Assembly: GCA_964291235.2 (NCBI GenBank)
Contig: OZ219816.1
Span: 416,001-480,000, forward strand
Direction: 5' to 3'
From: Vicinamibacteria bacterium
Lineage (GTDB): Bacteria > Acidobacteriota > Vicinamibacteria > Marinacidobacterales > Marinacidobacteraceae
DNA: 64,000 nt
Shown here: one piece after another, positions 9,150 through 23,263 of the stretch
Layout of the letters: each line of letters starts with the position of its first letter
Position numbering within the stretch: position 1 is the first letter of the stretch
Translations under genes and position numbers: made by a program
Notes under the pieces: model-generated
Databases searched by the model: none
Told to the model about the DNA's origin: nothing
The model's input: only the letters and a program-made list of their open reading frames with translations

Positions 9150-10178
9150 TCAGGCGTGCCGAAGCTCGCGCGAGAGCATGACCATCGCCCTGGCCTGCAA
9201 CTGGCGGACCCTCTCCGCCGAAACCTGGAGTTCACGCCCGATCTCCGTGAGGCTGGCCTCACCTAGGCCTGCGAATCCGTAGCGCCGCTCGACGACATGC
9301 CGCAGGCGCGCCGGGAGATGGGAAACCGCCTCCCTGATCCGGGTGCGCTCCTCCGATCGGGCTGCAGCGTCGCACGGGTCCGGTGATCCCGCGTCCGCAA
9401 GCAGGTTCCGCAGCGGAGGGCCACCCGCGGTTCGGGGAGCGTCCAGCGATTTCACATCGGGCACCCGCCGGATCGTGGCCCGGAGCGCTTGCGGATCCAC
9501 GCCGATCTCGTGGGCGTCGTCCTCCGTCGTATGCGGTCGATGCCAACCGGTGCGGCATTCGTCGTTGCGGTATCGCTGTTCGATATCCGCCTCGACGCTG
9601 GCGGCACGCCGCCGCAGCGCCAGTTGGTCGAGAGGAATTCGAATCGTCCGGGATTTCTGCGAGAGAGCCCGGCAGATCGTCTCGCGGATCCAGCCCGCGG
9701 CGTAGCGCGGGAATCGCGGGGTCCGCGCTGGATCGAACCCGCCGGCCGCCGTGATCAGCCCCAGGTTCCCCTCCTGGATCAGATCCGAGAGCGGCAAGCC
9801 CATCCCCTGATAGCGCCGCGCAATCGAGACGACCAGCCCGAGGTTGCCCTCAATGAGCAGGCAGCAGCCGCGTGCGCAGCGGTCTCCGAACGCCGGCTCC
9901 GGTCCTTTCGATCCGGAGTTCCGCCAGCGCGCGTACCGCAGGAAGCGGCAGCATCGCCGTTCCTCGCGTCCCGTGAGCCGAGGCCTTCGGCCTGCGTCGC
10001 GCAGATACAACTGCACCACCCCCAGATCCTCCCGACTGTCACCTCCCGGATCATGGAGGTGGGTCTCCGGCCGGTGCTCCGCCGCCCCGCCGAGGGCGTC
10101 TTCCTCCATGGCGCGCCACCCGGCATCTTCGTGCTGCGGTTCCGCTTTCCCCTTGGAGTTGGGAGCGCCCATGGTCAT
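9150..10178 (-). CDS. Sigma-70 family RNA polymerase sigma factor (RpoD/RpoS-like, divergent)
   Basis: Region 1.2 (LYLRDAG..RLTGREE), region 2 (NLGLVVSIARRYQGMGLPLSDLIQEGNLGL), region 4 HTH (LTEIGRELQVSAERVRQLQ); AGGAGG RBS. Confidence 0.88.
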   Translation of the reverse strand: MTMGAPNSKGKAEPQHEDAGWRAMEEDALGGAAEHRPETHLHDPGGDSREDLGVVQLYLRDAGRRPRLTGREERRCCRFLRYARWRNSGSKGPEPAFGDRCARGCCLLIEGNLGLVVSIARRYQGMGLPLSDLIQEGNLGLITAAGGFDPARTPRFPRYAAGWIRETICRALSQKSRTIRIPLDQLALRRRAASVEADIEQRYRNDECRTGWHRPHTTEDDAHEIGVDPQALRATIRRVPDVKSLDAPRTAGGPPLRNLLADAGSPDPCDAAARSEERTRIREAVSHLPARLRHVVERRYGFAGLGEASLTEIGRELQVSAERVRQLQARAMVMLSRELRHA

Positions 10179-10362
10179 TCACCTCCTGTGGATGTGATTT
10201 CCCGAGGCCGGCTGACATAGGTAGTAACGGATTCTTGATGGCTCCGGTTCTCCAGGTCCCCTCGGGTATCGACCCTGGAAGAGCGCGCTCCCACCCACGG
10301 ACGCTTCGATGGGGGCGCCGAAGCCAGCCGATCCCGACAAGCGATGCCCACGGTCTCACCCC

Positions 10363-12792
10363 CTACAGCGCCTTCAGAACGCCCCACGGGCTCGAACGGA
10401 GTTCCCGCCAGGCCACCGCCGCCGCCGCGGCCCAAAGCGCCAGCCCGAGCAGCGCGGCCGGGCCGAGGAACAGCACGGTTTCGGGAGTGCCCACCCAGGG
10501 AATCCGGTGCATGAGGACACGCATCAGGAGGAATCCGCCGCCGAGTCCAGCGGCGATACCGGCGGCCACCGCCAGCGCCGTCCGTTTCACGACCTCCCAC
10601 TGGAGCGCCCCGGGCTCGGCGCCGAGAGCCTGGCGCACCGCGATGGATGGCGCTTCGCGCGTCAGATGCTCGCTGACATGCCCCATCCCGCCGAGAATGC
10701 TGAGCAGGACTCCGGCGGCGCCAAAGATCACGAGCACGAAGGACCCGAGCACCGGGCTGCCGAGTTCGCGCGAACGCTGCCGCCAGACCGATTCCGCCCG
10801 CAGCACGCGGAGCCGCGGGTCCACTTCCCGCACCGTGCGCCGGACGGCCGCCAATACTTCCGCAGTCGGCTCGCCGGCAGTGCGAACGACGATCTGCGCT
10901 CGGGGAAACGGGAGGGAGAGTCCGGCCGGGGACGCATACGGCCTATAGATGGTCGGGCTCCTGGCGGTCAACGGAAAGGTGAGCACGTCCGGGACAACGC
11001 CGACCACCTGGTACGCGCCACCCATGACCCTGACCGTCCGGCCCAGCGGGGCGTCCCCAAGCCGGCGTGCGAAGGAACGGTCGAGGACCGCGACCTGCCC
11101 GGCGGAAGGACCGTCCGAGGCGAGGAGTTCCCGGCCGGCGACTGGCCCGACGCCCAACACCCCCAGGAACCCGGGGCCAACCCGTCGTTCGGTGAAGTCA
11201 ACGGTCCGGCCGTCGTCGTCATACGAACCGCCCCTGCCGCTTTGTTCGTCGGGCATCGTCTCCCCATACGCCGCCGCCCGCACCGCGGGCAACGCCGTAA
11301 GTCGCGCCACGCTCCGGTCGAGCAGCGCCGCGCGTGTCTCGGGCGCGACCGCGCCATCACCCCAACCGCTGAAATCAACCGTGACCACGGTGAGCCCCTC
11401 CGCGGAGTAGCCGCCCCTTCCCTCGCGGAGCGCCAACACGCTGCCGCCGAGCGCTACGACCCCGGTGAGGACGACGACGGAGGCGGCCGTTCCGGCAGCC
11501 AGGAAAGGGAACGCGAACGGTCGCGCGACGATCTGGCCGCGCGCCGAATCGAGCGCCGAATGCCGCCACGCCCGCGCCGTGGCCACGAGTTGCGGCAGCT
11601 CCACCAGAGTGGCCGCGACGAGCGCGGCGAGGAACCCGGTCGCGAGCGACGCCGCGCCGAGCCGCCAGGTTTCGGCGAACGGGAGATCACTCCCGAGGCC
11701 ACGCATTCCGCCGAGCACAGCCCAGCCAATGAGCACCGCTCCCAGAAAGATCACGAGCGCTCCGGCGACGACGCGCACTGCGCTCGCGACGAGTTCGTCC
11801 CGCGGGCCGGCTCCCAGTGCCCGGCGGATGCCGGCGGCTCGGCGTTCCGCCAACGCGCGCGAAAACCGAAGCGAACTCACGCTGAAGGCGCTGACCAGGA
11901 TCAGGAGCCACGCCCCCGCGCGCAGGACGAGGAGCGTGGGGCGCAGCGAAGCCGTCAGGTCCTCCTGCATCGGAGTGATCGTCACGCGGTCCTCTCCAGT
12001 CCGCCGGTCCAGGTTCGCGATCACGCTGGTCGCCTCGGCCCCAGCCGCGGCCGGCGTGACATGCGGCTTGAGGCGGCCCACGACGGGGAAGCCGATCGTG
12101 GAAGACCGTCCCGCACCTTCGGCAGCGAGCCCTTCCAGCGCCTCCTTCGCCGGCAGCCAGATCCGGATGCCCGATGAGGGGAATACGAACTCCGGCGGCA
12201 TGACGCCGACGATCCGGAACGGCCGGCCGTCCAGCGTCACTTCGGCGCGACCGATCTCCTGTCCAGCGAACCCGGTGAGCCACAGGTCGTGGCTCACGAT
12301 CGCGACGTCGCGCGCCGGTTCCGGGAACACCGAGTCGGAAGCCGATGCCGCGGCGTGGTCCTCGGCGGCGAAGAGACGTCCGGCCTCGGGCGCAACGCCC
12401 AGCGTTTCGAGCATCCCCCGCGACACGAGCGCGGCGCCAACGTATGCGGCCGTCGAACCTGATTCCAGGACATACGCGCGGGGCGCCCAGGTCCCGATCC
12501 ATTCGAACGCCAACGAGTCCCGGCGCAGCGTCTCAACCTCGGAAGGCATCAGGTTGTCGCCAACGCGGCCGGCAGGCGCGGACGCTCCGGGGGTAGATTC
12601 GAGGGAGACGTTCACGACGTTCGCGGGATCCCGGAAGACCAGCGGGCGGACGATCGCCGTGTCCCAGACCGCTTCGACGCCGAGGGCGGCGCCGACCGAC
12701 ACCGCAAGCGTGAGGCACACGCCGCCGGCGTTCCAGGGAGCAGCGCCAAAAGACCGCAGCGCGGCTATGACGGCTGCACGCGTGCGGATCAC
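10363..12792 (-). CDS. ADOP/MacB-FtsX-like duplicated ABC permease
   Basis: About 800 aa with two periplasmic + FtsX halves: GRLFAAED, VAIVSHDLW, FRIVGVMPPEF, GIRRALGAG, AVRQALGAEP. Confidence 0.85.
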   Translation of the reverse strand: MIRTRAAVIAALRSFGAAPWNAGGVCLTLAVSVGAALGVEAVWDTAIVRPLVFRDPANVVNVSLESTPGASAPAGRVGDNLMPSEVETLRRDSLAFEWIGTWAPRAYVLESGSTAAYVGAALVSRGMLETLGVAPEAGRLFAAEDHAAASASDSVFPEPARDVAIVSHDLWLTGFAGQEIGRAEVTLDGRPFRIVGVMPPEFVFPSSGIRIWLPAKEALEGLAAEGAGRSSTIGFPVVGRLKPHVTPAAAGAEATSVIANLDRRTGEDRVTITPMQEDLTASLRPTLLVLRAGAWLLILVSAFSVSSLRFSRALAERRAAGIRRALGAGPRDELVASAVRVVAGALVIFLGAVLIGWAVLGGMRGLGSDLPFAETWRLGAASLATGFLAALVAATLVELPQLVATARAWRHSALDSARGQIVARPFAFPFLAAGTAASVVVLTGVVALGGSVLALREGRGGYSAEGLTVVTVDFSGWGDGAVAPETRAALLDRSVARLTALPAVRAAAYGETMPDEQSGRGGSYDDDGRTVDFTERRVGPGFLGVLGVGPVAGRELLASDGPSAGQVAVLDRSFARRLGDAPLGRTVRVMGGAYQVVGVVPDVLTFPLTARSPTIYRPYASPAGLSLPFPRAQIVVRTAGEPTAEVLAAVRRTVREVDPRLRVLRAESVWRQRSRELGSPVLGSFVLVIFGAAGVLLSILGGMGHVSEHLTREAPSIAVRQALGAEPGALQWEVVKRTALAVAAGIAAGLGGGFLLMRVLMHRIPWVGTPETVLFLGPAALLGLALWAAAAAVAWRELRSSPWGVLKAL

Positions 12793-12891
12793 CGGGGCCT
12801 CCCGGTCAGGCGCTGGCGGGGGCCCCGCATGGTGACGTCCGCGCGGGAATGCTGGAATCGTCCCGTGCGGCGCGGAGGACGCCCATGGTTC

Positions 12892-13733
12892 CTATTCCTC
12901 GCTCGCCCGCTGCAACGCTGCCTGGACGAGTTGCCCAACCGGACCCGGAATCCGGGCCAAGAGATGGATGTCAGAAACCTCGTCCAGCCTGGCGCCGTGC
13001 TCCAGCAGCAGCTCCAGGAGCGGCACATCCTGCATGGCGACGACTGCCTTGAGGGGCTCGTCGCCGCTCCGGTTCTCCAGATTCGGGTCCGCGCCGAGTT
13101 CGAGCAACAGGCGCGCGAACTCAATGGGATCGGACCCGTTCCCGGATGCCTCGCCCGTCATGCGGCGGCGGAACAACCCTCCGACCAGATGGGTCAGCGC
13201 GGTGTTCCCGGATCGTGCTGTGTGTTGACTTCCGTACCCGCCGCCAGGAGCCGCCGCCCCGCATCCAGCGCGGCCGAATCGGCTGCGCGCATCAGCGGGG
13301 TGACGCCCTGCCCGTCGGGCGCAGACGGGTCCGCGCCGGCCGCCAGCAGGATGTCCACGACGTCCGGCGAATTGGCGCGCGCCGCCTGATGCAGCGGTCC
13401 ATGACCATTCAGCGCTTCTCGCCCGTTTGGGGAAACACCTTCGCTCAGCAGAGTTCGAACCCGGCCGGCGTCTGCCGCGCGCGCCGCGGCCACCAGCTGC
13501 CCTACTGTCGTCGTGTCGTCGATCGCGGCCTTCTTCTCGGCCTTCTCGACCGTCTCCTCCAGGTCAGTAGGGGCTTGGATGCGAATGGCCGGAGGCTGCT
13601 CTTCCGACGGCGCGCCGCTCACAGCACGGTCCGATCCCAGTCGGGCGATCGCGATTGTCGCGAGCGCCACCAGCGCAGCGGCCACCGCGCCATAGGCCCC
13701 CAACCGGACCCGTCTTGCTATTCGTGGACTCAT
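12892..13733 (-). pseudogene. Membrane-anchored ankyrin-repeat protein split by a frameshift near 13215
   Basis: ORF 13194-13733 carries GHGPLHQAA and GVTPLMRAA. The shifted frame continues SGNTALTHL...LLELGADPNLENRSGDEPL...LLEHGA to 12892. Confidence 0.75.
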
Positions 13734-13776
13734 TCTGTGCCTCCCGGGACTCCCATGCGGTCCCTGTCTACCCTTG

Positions 13777-13809
13777 GGTTAAGCGTGCCGCGCGTCGGAT
13801 TTCAAGACC
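13777..13809 (-). promoter_or_regulatory. Promoter-like motif GGTCTTGAAA-N11-GCACGCTTAACC, copy 1 (upstream of the ankyrin gene)
   Basis: Identical boxes and spacing to 17225-17257. Confidence 0.6.
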
Positions 13810-13913
13810 CAAATCACGAGATCGCTACGGGCCGGCGGAACGGCGGCCTGGTCTCCCCAACGGCCCCGCGATTCCTCGGGGAGAGCGACCGCGCGGGTCG
13901 GTTCGGCGTCTCG

Positions 13914-15173
13914 TTACCGCAGACGGATCTGGTCCCAGATGTCCCACGAGGACGTGTCGGAGAGGATGATCTCGTCCCCCTCGGCGAGGCCATTGAGCAC
14001 CTCGATCCGGTTCACCGAGGTCCGGCCCAGCTCTACCTGGACACGCACTGCCGTCTGACCGTCGGGGGCGATCCGGAAGAGCTCGGCCGTGCTCCCCGGC
14101 TGGCCGTAGGCCGGTCGGCCAACGTGGAGGGTGTTCTGAATCGTGTCCAGCTCGATCGTGCCGTCCACCGAGAGGTCAGGACGGGCGCCCCGAGGAAGCT
14201 CGCCTTCGAGCCGGATGTCCACCGCCACCGTTCCGTCCCGCACCGCGGGATCGACCCGGGACACGACGCCTTCGACGACTCCGTTCCGGGTGTCCACCCG
14301 TGCCGACTGGCCGGGTTCCACGTCCCGCGCCTGGGCTTCGGCGATGCGTAGCACGGCCTTCAGTCGCCGGGGATCGGCAACGCGCGCGAGGTTCTGCCCG
14401 GGACTCACTTCCTGGCCGATTTCGACCGGGACCTCCAGCAGGATGCCGACCCGTCCGGCCCGCACCGTGAGCGCGGCCAACTGGCGCCGGCGGAGTTCCA
14501 GCGCGGCGCGATAGCGGGCCACCGTCGCCTCCTTGGAGGCGAGCTGAGCCGCGGTCGAATCGGAAAGGATGGAGAGACGTTCCTCTTCGAGGGCGTGGCG
14601 GGTTTCGAATTCCTCCGCGGTCACCTCGCTGCGGCGGTGGATGAGTTCGCCGACGAGTCCCGCCTCGAAGAGCCTTCGGTCGGCGTCGGCGCGCCGGCCG
14701 GCCCTTGCCGCGGCGGCCGCCAACTCCCCGGCCGCGTTCTGCTGCTCCAGCAGGACGGATCGGGTCTGGTGCCGCAGCCGGCGGAGTTCCGCTTCCTGGG
14801 CGCGGACCTGCAGCTCGGCCTCGCGGGTCTGCTCGACAAGCTCCGGATTCGAAAGGACCAGCAGCGCGGTGTCGGCCTCGACCGGAGTCCCCGGCAGAAC
14901 GCGCCGCTCCTCGACCCGTCCCCGGGTCTCGGCGGCCAGCCAGCGGATCTGTTCGGGCGGGACTTGCAGGCTGCCGGGGCCGCGCACCTGCCGCACGAAG
15001 TCACCGCGCTCCACAACGCCCGTCCAGGCGGCCGAACGGTGCACCTCGGGGACGGCGGGGGCAATTTGTCCGAGCCCGATCAGGAAGGCCGCGAACGTGA
15101 CCGTCCCTCCAGCGCCGAAGACCAACCGCCGGTTTCGGCGTTTCCGCTGCCGGTCGGCGATCCGGAAGTCCAT
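13914..15173 (-). CDS. HlyD/MacA-family periplasmic adaptor subunit
   Basis: N-terminal TM, VERGDFVRQVRGPG, coiled coil, VDTRNGVVEG, ARPDLSVDGTIE, GLAEGDEIILSD. Confidence 0.88.
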   Translation of the reverse strand: MDFRIADRQRKRRNRRLVFGAGGTVTFAAFLIGLGQIAPAVPEVHRSAAWTGVVERGDFVRQVRGPGSLQVPPEQIRWLAAETRGRVEERRVLPGTPVEADTALLVLSNPELVEQTREAELQVRAQEAELRRLRHQTRSVLLEQQNAAGELAAAAARAGRRADADRRLFEAGLVGELIHRRSEVTAEEFETRHALEEERLSILSDSTAAQLASKEATVARYRAALELRRRQLAALTVRAGRVGILLEVPVEIGQEVSPGQNLARVADPRRLKAVLRIAEAQARDVEPGQSARVDTRNGVVEGVVSRVDPAVRDGTVAVDIRLEGELPRGARPDLSVDGTIELDTIQNTLHVGRPAYGQPGSTAELFRIAPDGQTAVRVQVELGRTSVNRIEVLNGLAEGDEIILSDTSSWDIWDQIRLR

Positions 15174-15200
15174 CGCGCGCCTCCTTCAGACCGGCTTCCC

Positions 15201-15884
15201 CTACCCCGGATCCCGAACGATGCGACCGTCGAAGAGATGGATGGTCCGCTCCGCGCGATCGGCGTAGCGCGGGTCGTGGGTCACCATGCAGATGGTCGCC
15301 CCTCCCCGGTGGAGCGAATCCAGCATGTCCATCACCTCGGTGCCATTCTTCGAGTCGAGGTTCCCCGTGGGTTCGTCGGCGAGCAGGATGGAGGGCTCCC
15401 CGACGACGGCCCGGGCGACCGCGACGCGCTGCTGTTGGCCCCCGGAAAGCTGGGAGGGGAAATGCTTGCGGCGATGGGACATCCCCACGCGTTCGAGCGC
15501 GTCGAGAGTACGGCGCTTTCGCTCGGCGCCCGGGGTTCCCCGGTACACGAGCGGCAGTTCCACGTTCTCGTAGACCGTCAGATCACCGATCAGATTGAAA
15601 GCCTGGAAGACGAAGCCCACTTCGCGGTTGCGGATCCGGGCTCGCTCGGTCAATCCGAGGTTCGCCACCGAATGGCCGTTCAGGAGGTACTCCCCCGCGT
15701 TCGGGGTGTCGAGCAAGCCCAGAATCGAGAGCAGCGTGGACTTCCCGCACCCCGAAGGCCCTGAAATCGCCACGTAGTCGCCCGCATCGAAGCCCAGGCT
15801 GATTTCGGACAGGGCGTGAGTCTCCACCTCGTCCGTATGAAAGATCTTGCTGATGCTACTCAGTCGGATGACAGGGTCAGGCAT
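15201..15884 (-). CDS. ABC transporter ATP-binding protein (LolD/MacB type)
   Basis: GPSGCGKST, LSGGQQQRV, ILLADEPTGNLDS, MVTHD. Start at ATG 15884 after an AGGAGAGG RBS. Confidence 0.95.
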   Translation of the reverse strand: MPDPVIRLSSISKIFHTDEVETHALSEISLGFDAGDYVAISGPSGCGKSTLLSILGLLDTPNAGEYLLNGHSVANLGLTERARIRNREVGFVFQAFNLIGDLTVYENVELPLVYRGTPGAERKRRTLDALERVGMSHRRKHFPSQLSGGQQQRVAVARAVVGEPSILLADEPTGNLDSKNGTEVMDMLDSLHRGGATICMVTHDPRYADRAERTIHLFDGRIVRDPG

Positions 15885-15958
15885 GACCTCTCCTTTCGCC
15901 GACGGGTTGGCATTCCCGCTTTCGGCCTTTCTCCGCTGGCGCGTTACATCGAGCGTAG

Positions 15959-17212
15959 TCATCGGAGGCGTATCCGGTCGTGCCCGTCCCAGGCCGAGGT
16001 GTCGGAGAGGATCACCGTGTCGCCTTCCATCAGGCCCTCCCGGATCTCCACGGTGTTGACCGAGGCTTTGCCGAGGCGCACTCGCACGCGGACGGCGTGG
16101 CTCCCGTCCCCGGCAATCCGGAACAGATCCACCTCCTCCCCTTCCTGCCCGAACGCCGGACGACCGACATGCAGCGCATCTTCGAGCCGCTCGATCTCCA
16201 CAAGGCCCTCTACCGAGAGTTCGCTCCGGGTGCCGCGGGGCAGTTCGTCGGTCAGCATGACATCTACGGTTACCGCGCCGTCGCGGACCGCCGGTTCCAC
16301 TCGGGTAACGCGGCCGGAAACGACTCCGTTCCGGGTGTCCACGCGGGCCGTCTGCCCCACCTCGATGTCCTTCGCCTGGGCTTCCGCGATCCGCAGCTCG
16401 GCCTTCAGGCGGGACGGTTCGGCGACCCTGGCGAGGCTGTCTCCCGGCGCAACCTGCTGGCCGATCTCCACCGCAACCTCTTGAACTACGCCAGCGATTC
16501 CCGCCCGAACCTCAAGCCGGGACACCAGCTCGTGCTGGAGTTCCGCCACCGCCCGCCACCGCGCGACGCGCGCCTCTTCGGCAACCAGCTCGGCCGCCGC
16601 CACCTGTTGTGCCAGGCGGAGACGTTCTCCCTCATGGTCGGCGCGCGTCCGGAGTTCGGCGGCGGCTTCCTGGCTGTCCTCCAACGCGATCCACCCGATG
16701 ATCCCCTCGGCGTAGATCTCCGCATCGGCTTCCGCGCTGAGGGCAGCCTGCCGGGCCTGCGCCTCGACGGAGGCGAGCACCGACCGCTGCTGCAGCACCG
16801 CGCGGCGAAGCTGCACCCGCCGGTCGTGCAAGCTGGCCTCCGCGGCGGCGAGATCGAGCTCCGCACCCGTGAGTTCCTGGACCAGGCGCGGGTTCTCAAG
16901 GGTCAGGATCACCGTTGCCGGTTCGACCCGGAGGCCCGGGAGCGCGTGCACGGTTGCCACTCGTCCGGACGTTCCGGCCGCTACCCGCCGTACGTCCACC
17001 GGCACCAACGTTCCGGCCCCGCGGACGCTCAGCAACATCTCGCCTCGCCGGACCGTGTCCAGGAAGACAGTGTCCCGGTCCACGGCGGGAGCGGCGGGGG
17101 CAAGCCCGAGGATCAGCAGGACGAGCGCGACGAGAAGGACTGCTCCCGAGCAAACGAAAGCAATACTGCGTCGGCGGCGACTCGCGGCGACTCCTTCACG
17201 GGCTACATCCAT
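15959..17212 (-). CDS. HlyD/MacA-family periplasmic adaptor subunit (paralogue of 13914-15173)
   Basis: Same architecture; shared RIAEAQA.D.E.GQ.ARVDTRNGVV and ILSDTS.WD..D.IRLR. Confidence 0.88.
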   Translation of the reverse strand: MDVAREGVAASRRRRSIAFVCSGAVLLVALVLLILGLAPAAPAVDRDTVFLDTVRRGEMLLSVRGAGTLVPVDVRRVAAGTSGRVATVHALPGLRVEPATVILTLENPRLVQELTGAELDLAAAEASLHDRRVQLRRAVLQQRSVLASVEAQARQAALSAEADAEIYAEGIIGWIALEDSQEAAAELRTRADHEGERLRLAQQVAAAELVAEEARVARWRAVAELQHELVSRLEVRAGIAGVVQEVAVEIGQQVAPGDSLARVAEPSRLKAELRIAEAQAKDIEVGQTARVDTRNGVVSGRVTRVEPAVRDGAVTVDVMLTDELPRGTRSELSVEGLVEIERLEDALHVGRPAFGQEGEEVDLFRIAGDGSHAVRVRVRLGKASVNTVEIREGLMEGDTVILSDTSAWDGHDRIRLR

Positions 17213-17224
17213 GGCTACCGTACT

Positions 17225-17257
17225 GGTTAAGCGTGCGACACCCAGGTTTTCAAGACC
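17225..17257 (-). promoter_or_regulatory. Promoter-like motif GGTCTTGAAA-N11-GCACGCTTAACC, copy 2 (upstream of the first adaptor gene)
   Basis: Matches 13777-13809; ends 12 nt before ATG 17212. Confidence 0.6.
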
Positions 17258-17367
17258 GGGATTGATTCAATTCGACACTTCCCCCCGTGCCAGGAGTGCA
17301 GGGGACACCATCTTGGCCGCGCTACGCGGAATACGGTGCCCCCCCAACCGCGGGCGCGGTTTTCCGG

Positions 17368-17414
17368 TTTCGCGGCCTGCGGCCGCGATGCCGGCCGGAG
17401 GCCGGCGCTCCTAC
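17368..17414 (-). repeat. REP-like palindrome with a GTAG head
   Basis: Minus strand reads GTAGGAGCGCCGGCCTCCGGCCGGCATCGCGGCCGCAGGCCGCGAAA, 13 nt after the katG stop. Confidence 0.8.
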
Positions 17415-17427
17415 TGGCGGGCCCTGG

Positions 17428-19653
<2,226 letters not shown>

Positions 19654-19700
19654 CTAAGACCCCTCTTATGCGGAAGGACGGAGGAAACGGACCGGGGGCG

Positions 19701-22028
<2,328 letters not shown>

Positions 22029-23156
22029 TCAGCCGACAACAACGCCAAAGAGGCGGCCCACGGCGTGGGTCAGCGCCGCCGCTCCCCCGCCGATCGCGGC
22101 CATTCTGAGACCGCTGCGGACGGCGCTCTTGCCAGTGAACAGACTGGATGCCGCGCCCGCGCCGAACAGCGCGACGAGCGCCAGCGACGCTCCCGCGGCG
22201 AGTGCCGTCGTCCCTCCCGCCAGCGCGAACGGCAGGAGCGGAACGACCGCGCCAACGCCAAAACTCACGAAGGAGGCGATCGCTGCCGCCCACGGCGACC
22301 CGAGCTCGCCGGGATTGAGGCCCAGCTCCTCCTGCGCGAGGACATCGAGGGCCCGCTCCGGATCGGCGATGAGCCGGTTCGCGAGTTCCCGCGCCTCGGC
22401 CGGCGATATCCCGCGGGCCTCGAAGATCAGCGCCAGTTCCGCCGCCTCGTCGTCCGGATAGAGCCGCAGCTCCTCCTCCTCGAGCGCGATCTGCTGCTCC
22501 AGCATCTCGATCTGCGAGCGCACCGACAGGTACTCCCCCGCCGCCATCGAGAGCGACCCGGCGATCAGCCCGGCGGCTCCGGCCACCAGCACGAAGCCGG
22601 AATCCCCGGTCGCCCCGCCCACGCCCAGGATCAGTGCGGTGTTCGAGACCAGGCCGTCGTTGATCCCGAACACGGCCGCCCGGAAAGCCGTCGCCCGCCG
22701 GGTTCCGGCATGCCTTCGCTCCTCCTCCAGGATGTGCTGGCGTGCGGGGAGGGCCGCCGCCGGGCCCGTTCGCTTCGCCAGCAGCGCTTCGAGCGTCGTG
22801 GGCGTCGAGCGATACACCGACAGACCACGAACCTTGAGCGCGGCGAGCACCGGGAGCAGGGGGCGCGGTCCAAAGCGGCGGATCAGCCGAGCGACAAGTC
22901 GAACCCGCGGCGGTGGTTCGTACGGACCGGGGGCCGGCGCGCCCGCCTCTTCCAGCGCCCGCACCCACGCCCGGCTCTGGTGCAGCGCGTCCGCCGACAG
23001 CGCCGCGAAGAGCTTTCTTCGCTCGCCCGTCTCCAGCTCGGCGAGCACCTGGTAAAGCCACGCCGACTGGACCTCGCTCTCCCAACTCCGGTGGAGCGAC
23101 GACACCCCGGCGGTCCCGGCTCCCGGGGTCTCGCCGCCTCGGGAAGCGCTCACCAA
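22029..23156 (-). CDS. VIT1/CCC1 family iron/manganese transporter with N-terminal ferritin/rubrerythrin-like extension
   Basis: FRAAVFGINDGLVS, AGSLSMAAGEYLSVRSQ, EELGL..SPWAAAIASF. Confidence 0.9.
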   Translation of the reverse strand: MVSASRGGETPGAGTAGVSSLHRSWESEVQSAWLYQVLAELETGERRKLFAALSADALHQSRAWVRALEEAGAPAPGPYEPPPRVRLVARLIRRFGPRPLLPVLAALKVRGLSVYRSTPTTLEALLAKRTGPAAALPARQHILEEERRHAGTRRATAFRAAVFGINDGLVSNTALILGVGGATGDSGFVLVAGAAGLIAGSLSMAAGEYLSVRSQIEMLEQQIALEEEELRLYPDDEAAELALIFEARGISPAEARELANRLIADPERALDVLAQEELGLNPGELGSPWAAAIASFVSFGVGAVVPLLPFALAGGTTALAAGASLALVALFGAGAASSLFTGKSAVRSGLRMAAIGGGAAALTHAVGRLFGVVVG

Positions 23157-23263
23157 CCCATTCTAGGACGCACCCTCCCCGTGCCGTTGGCCTCCCGAAA
23201 GTACCCTCTCCCCTCATCCGGTGGGCGGGGCGGAACGAGCCACGGGCCGGATCGGAGGCACAC

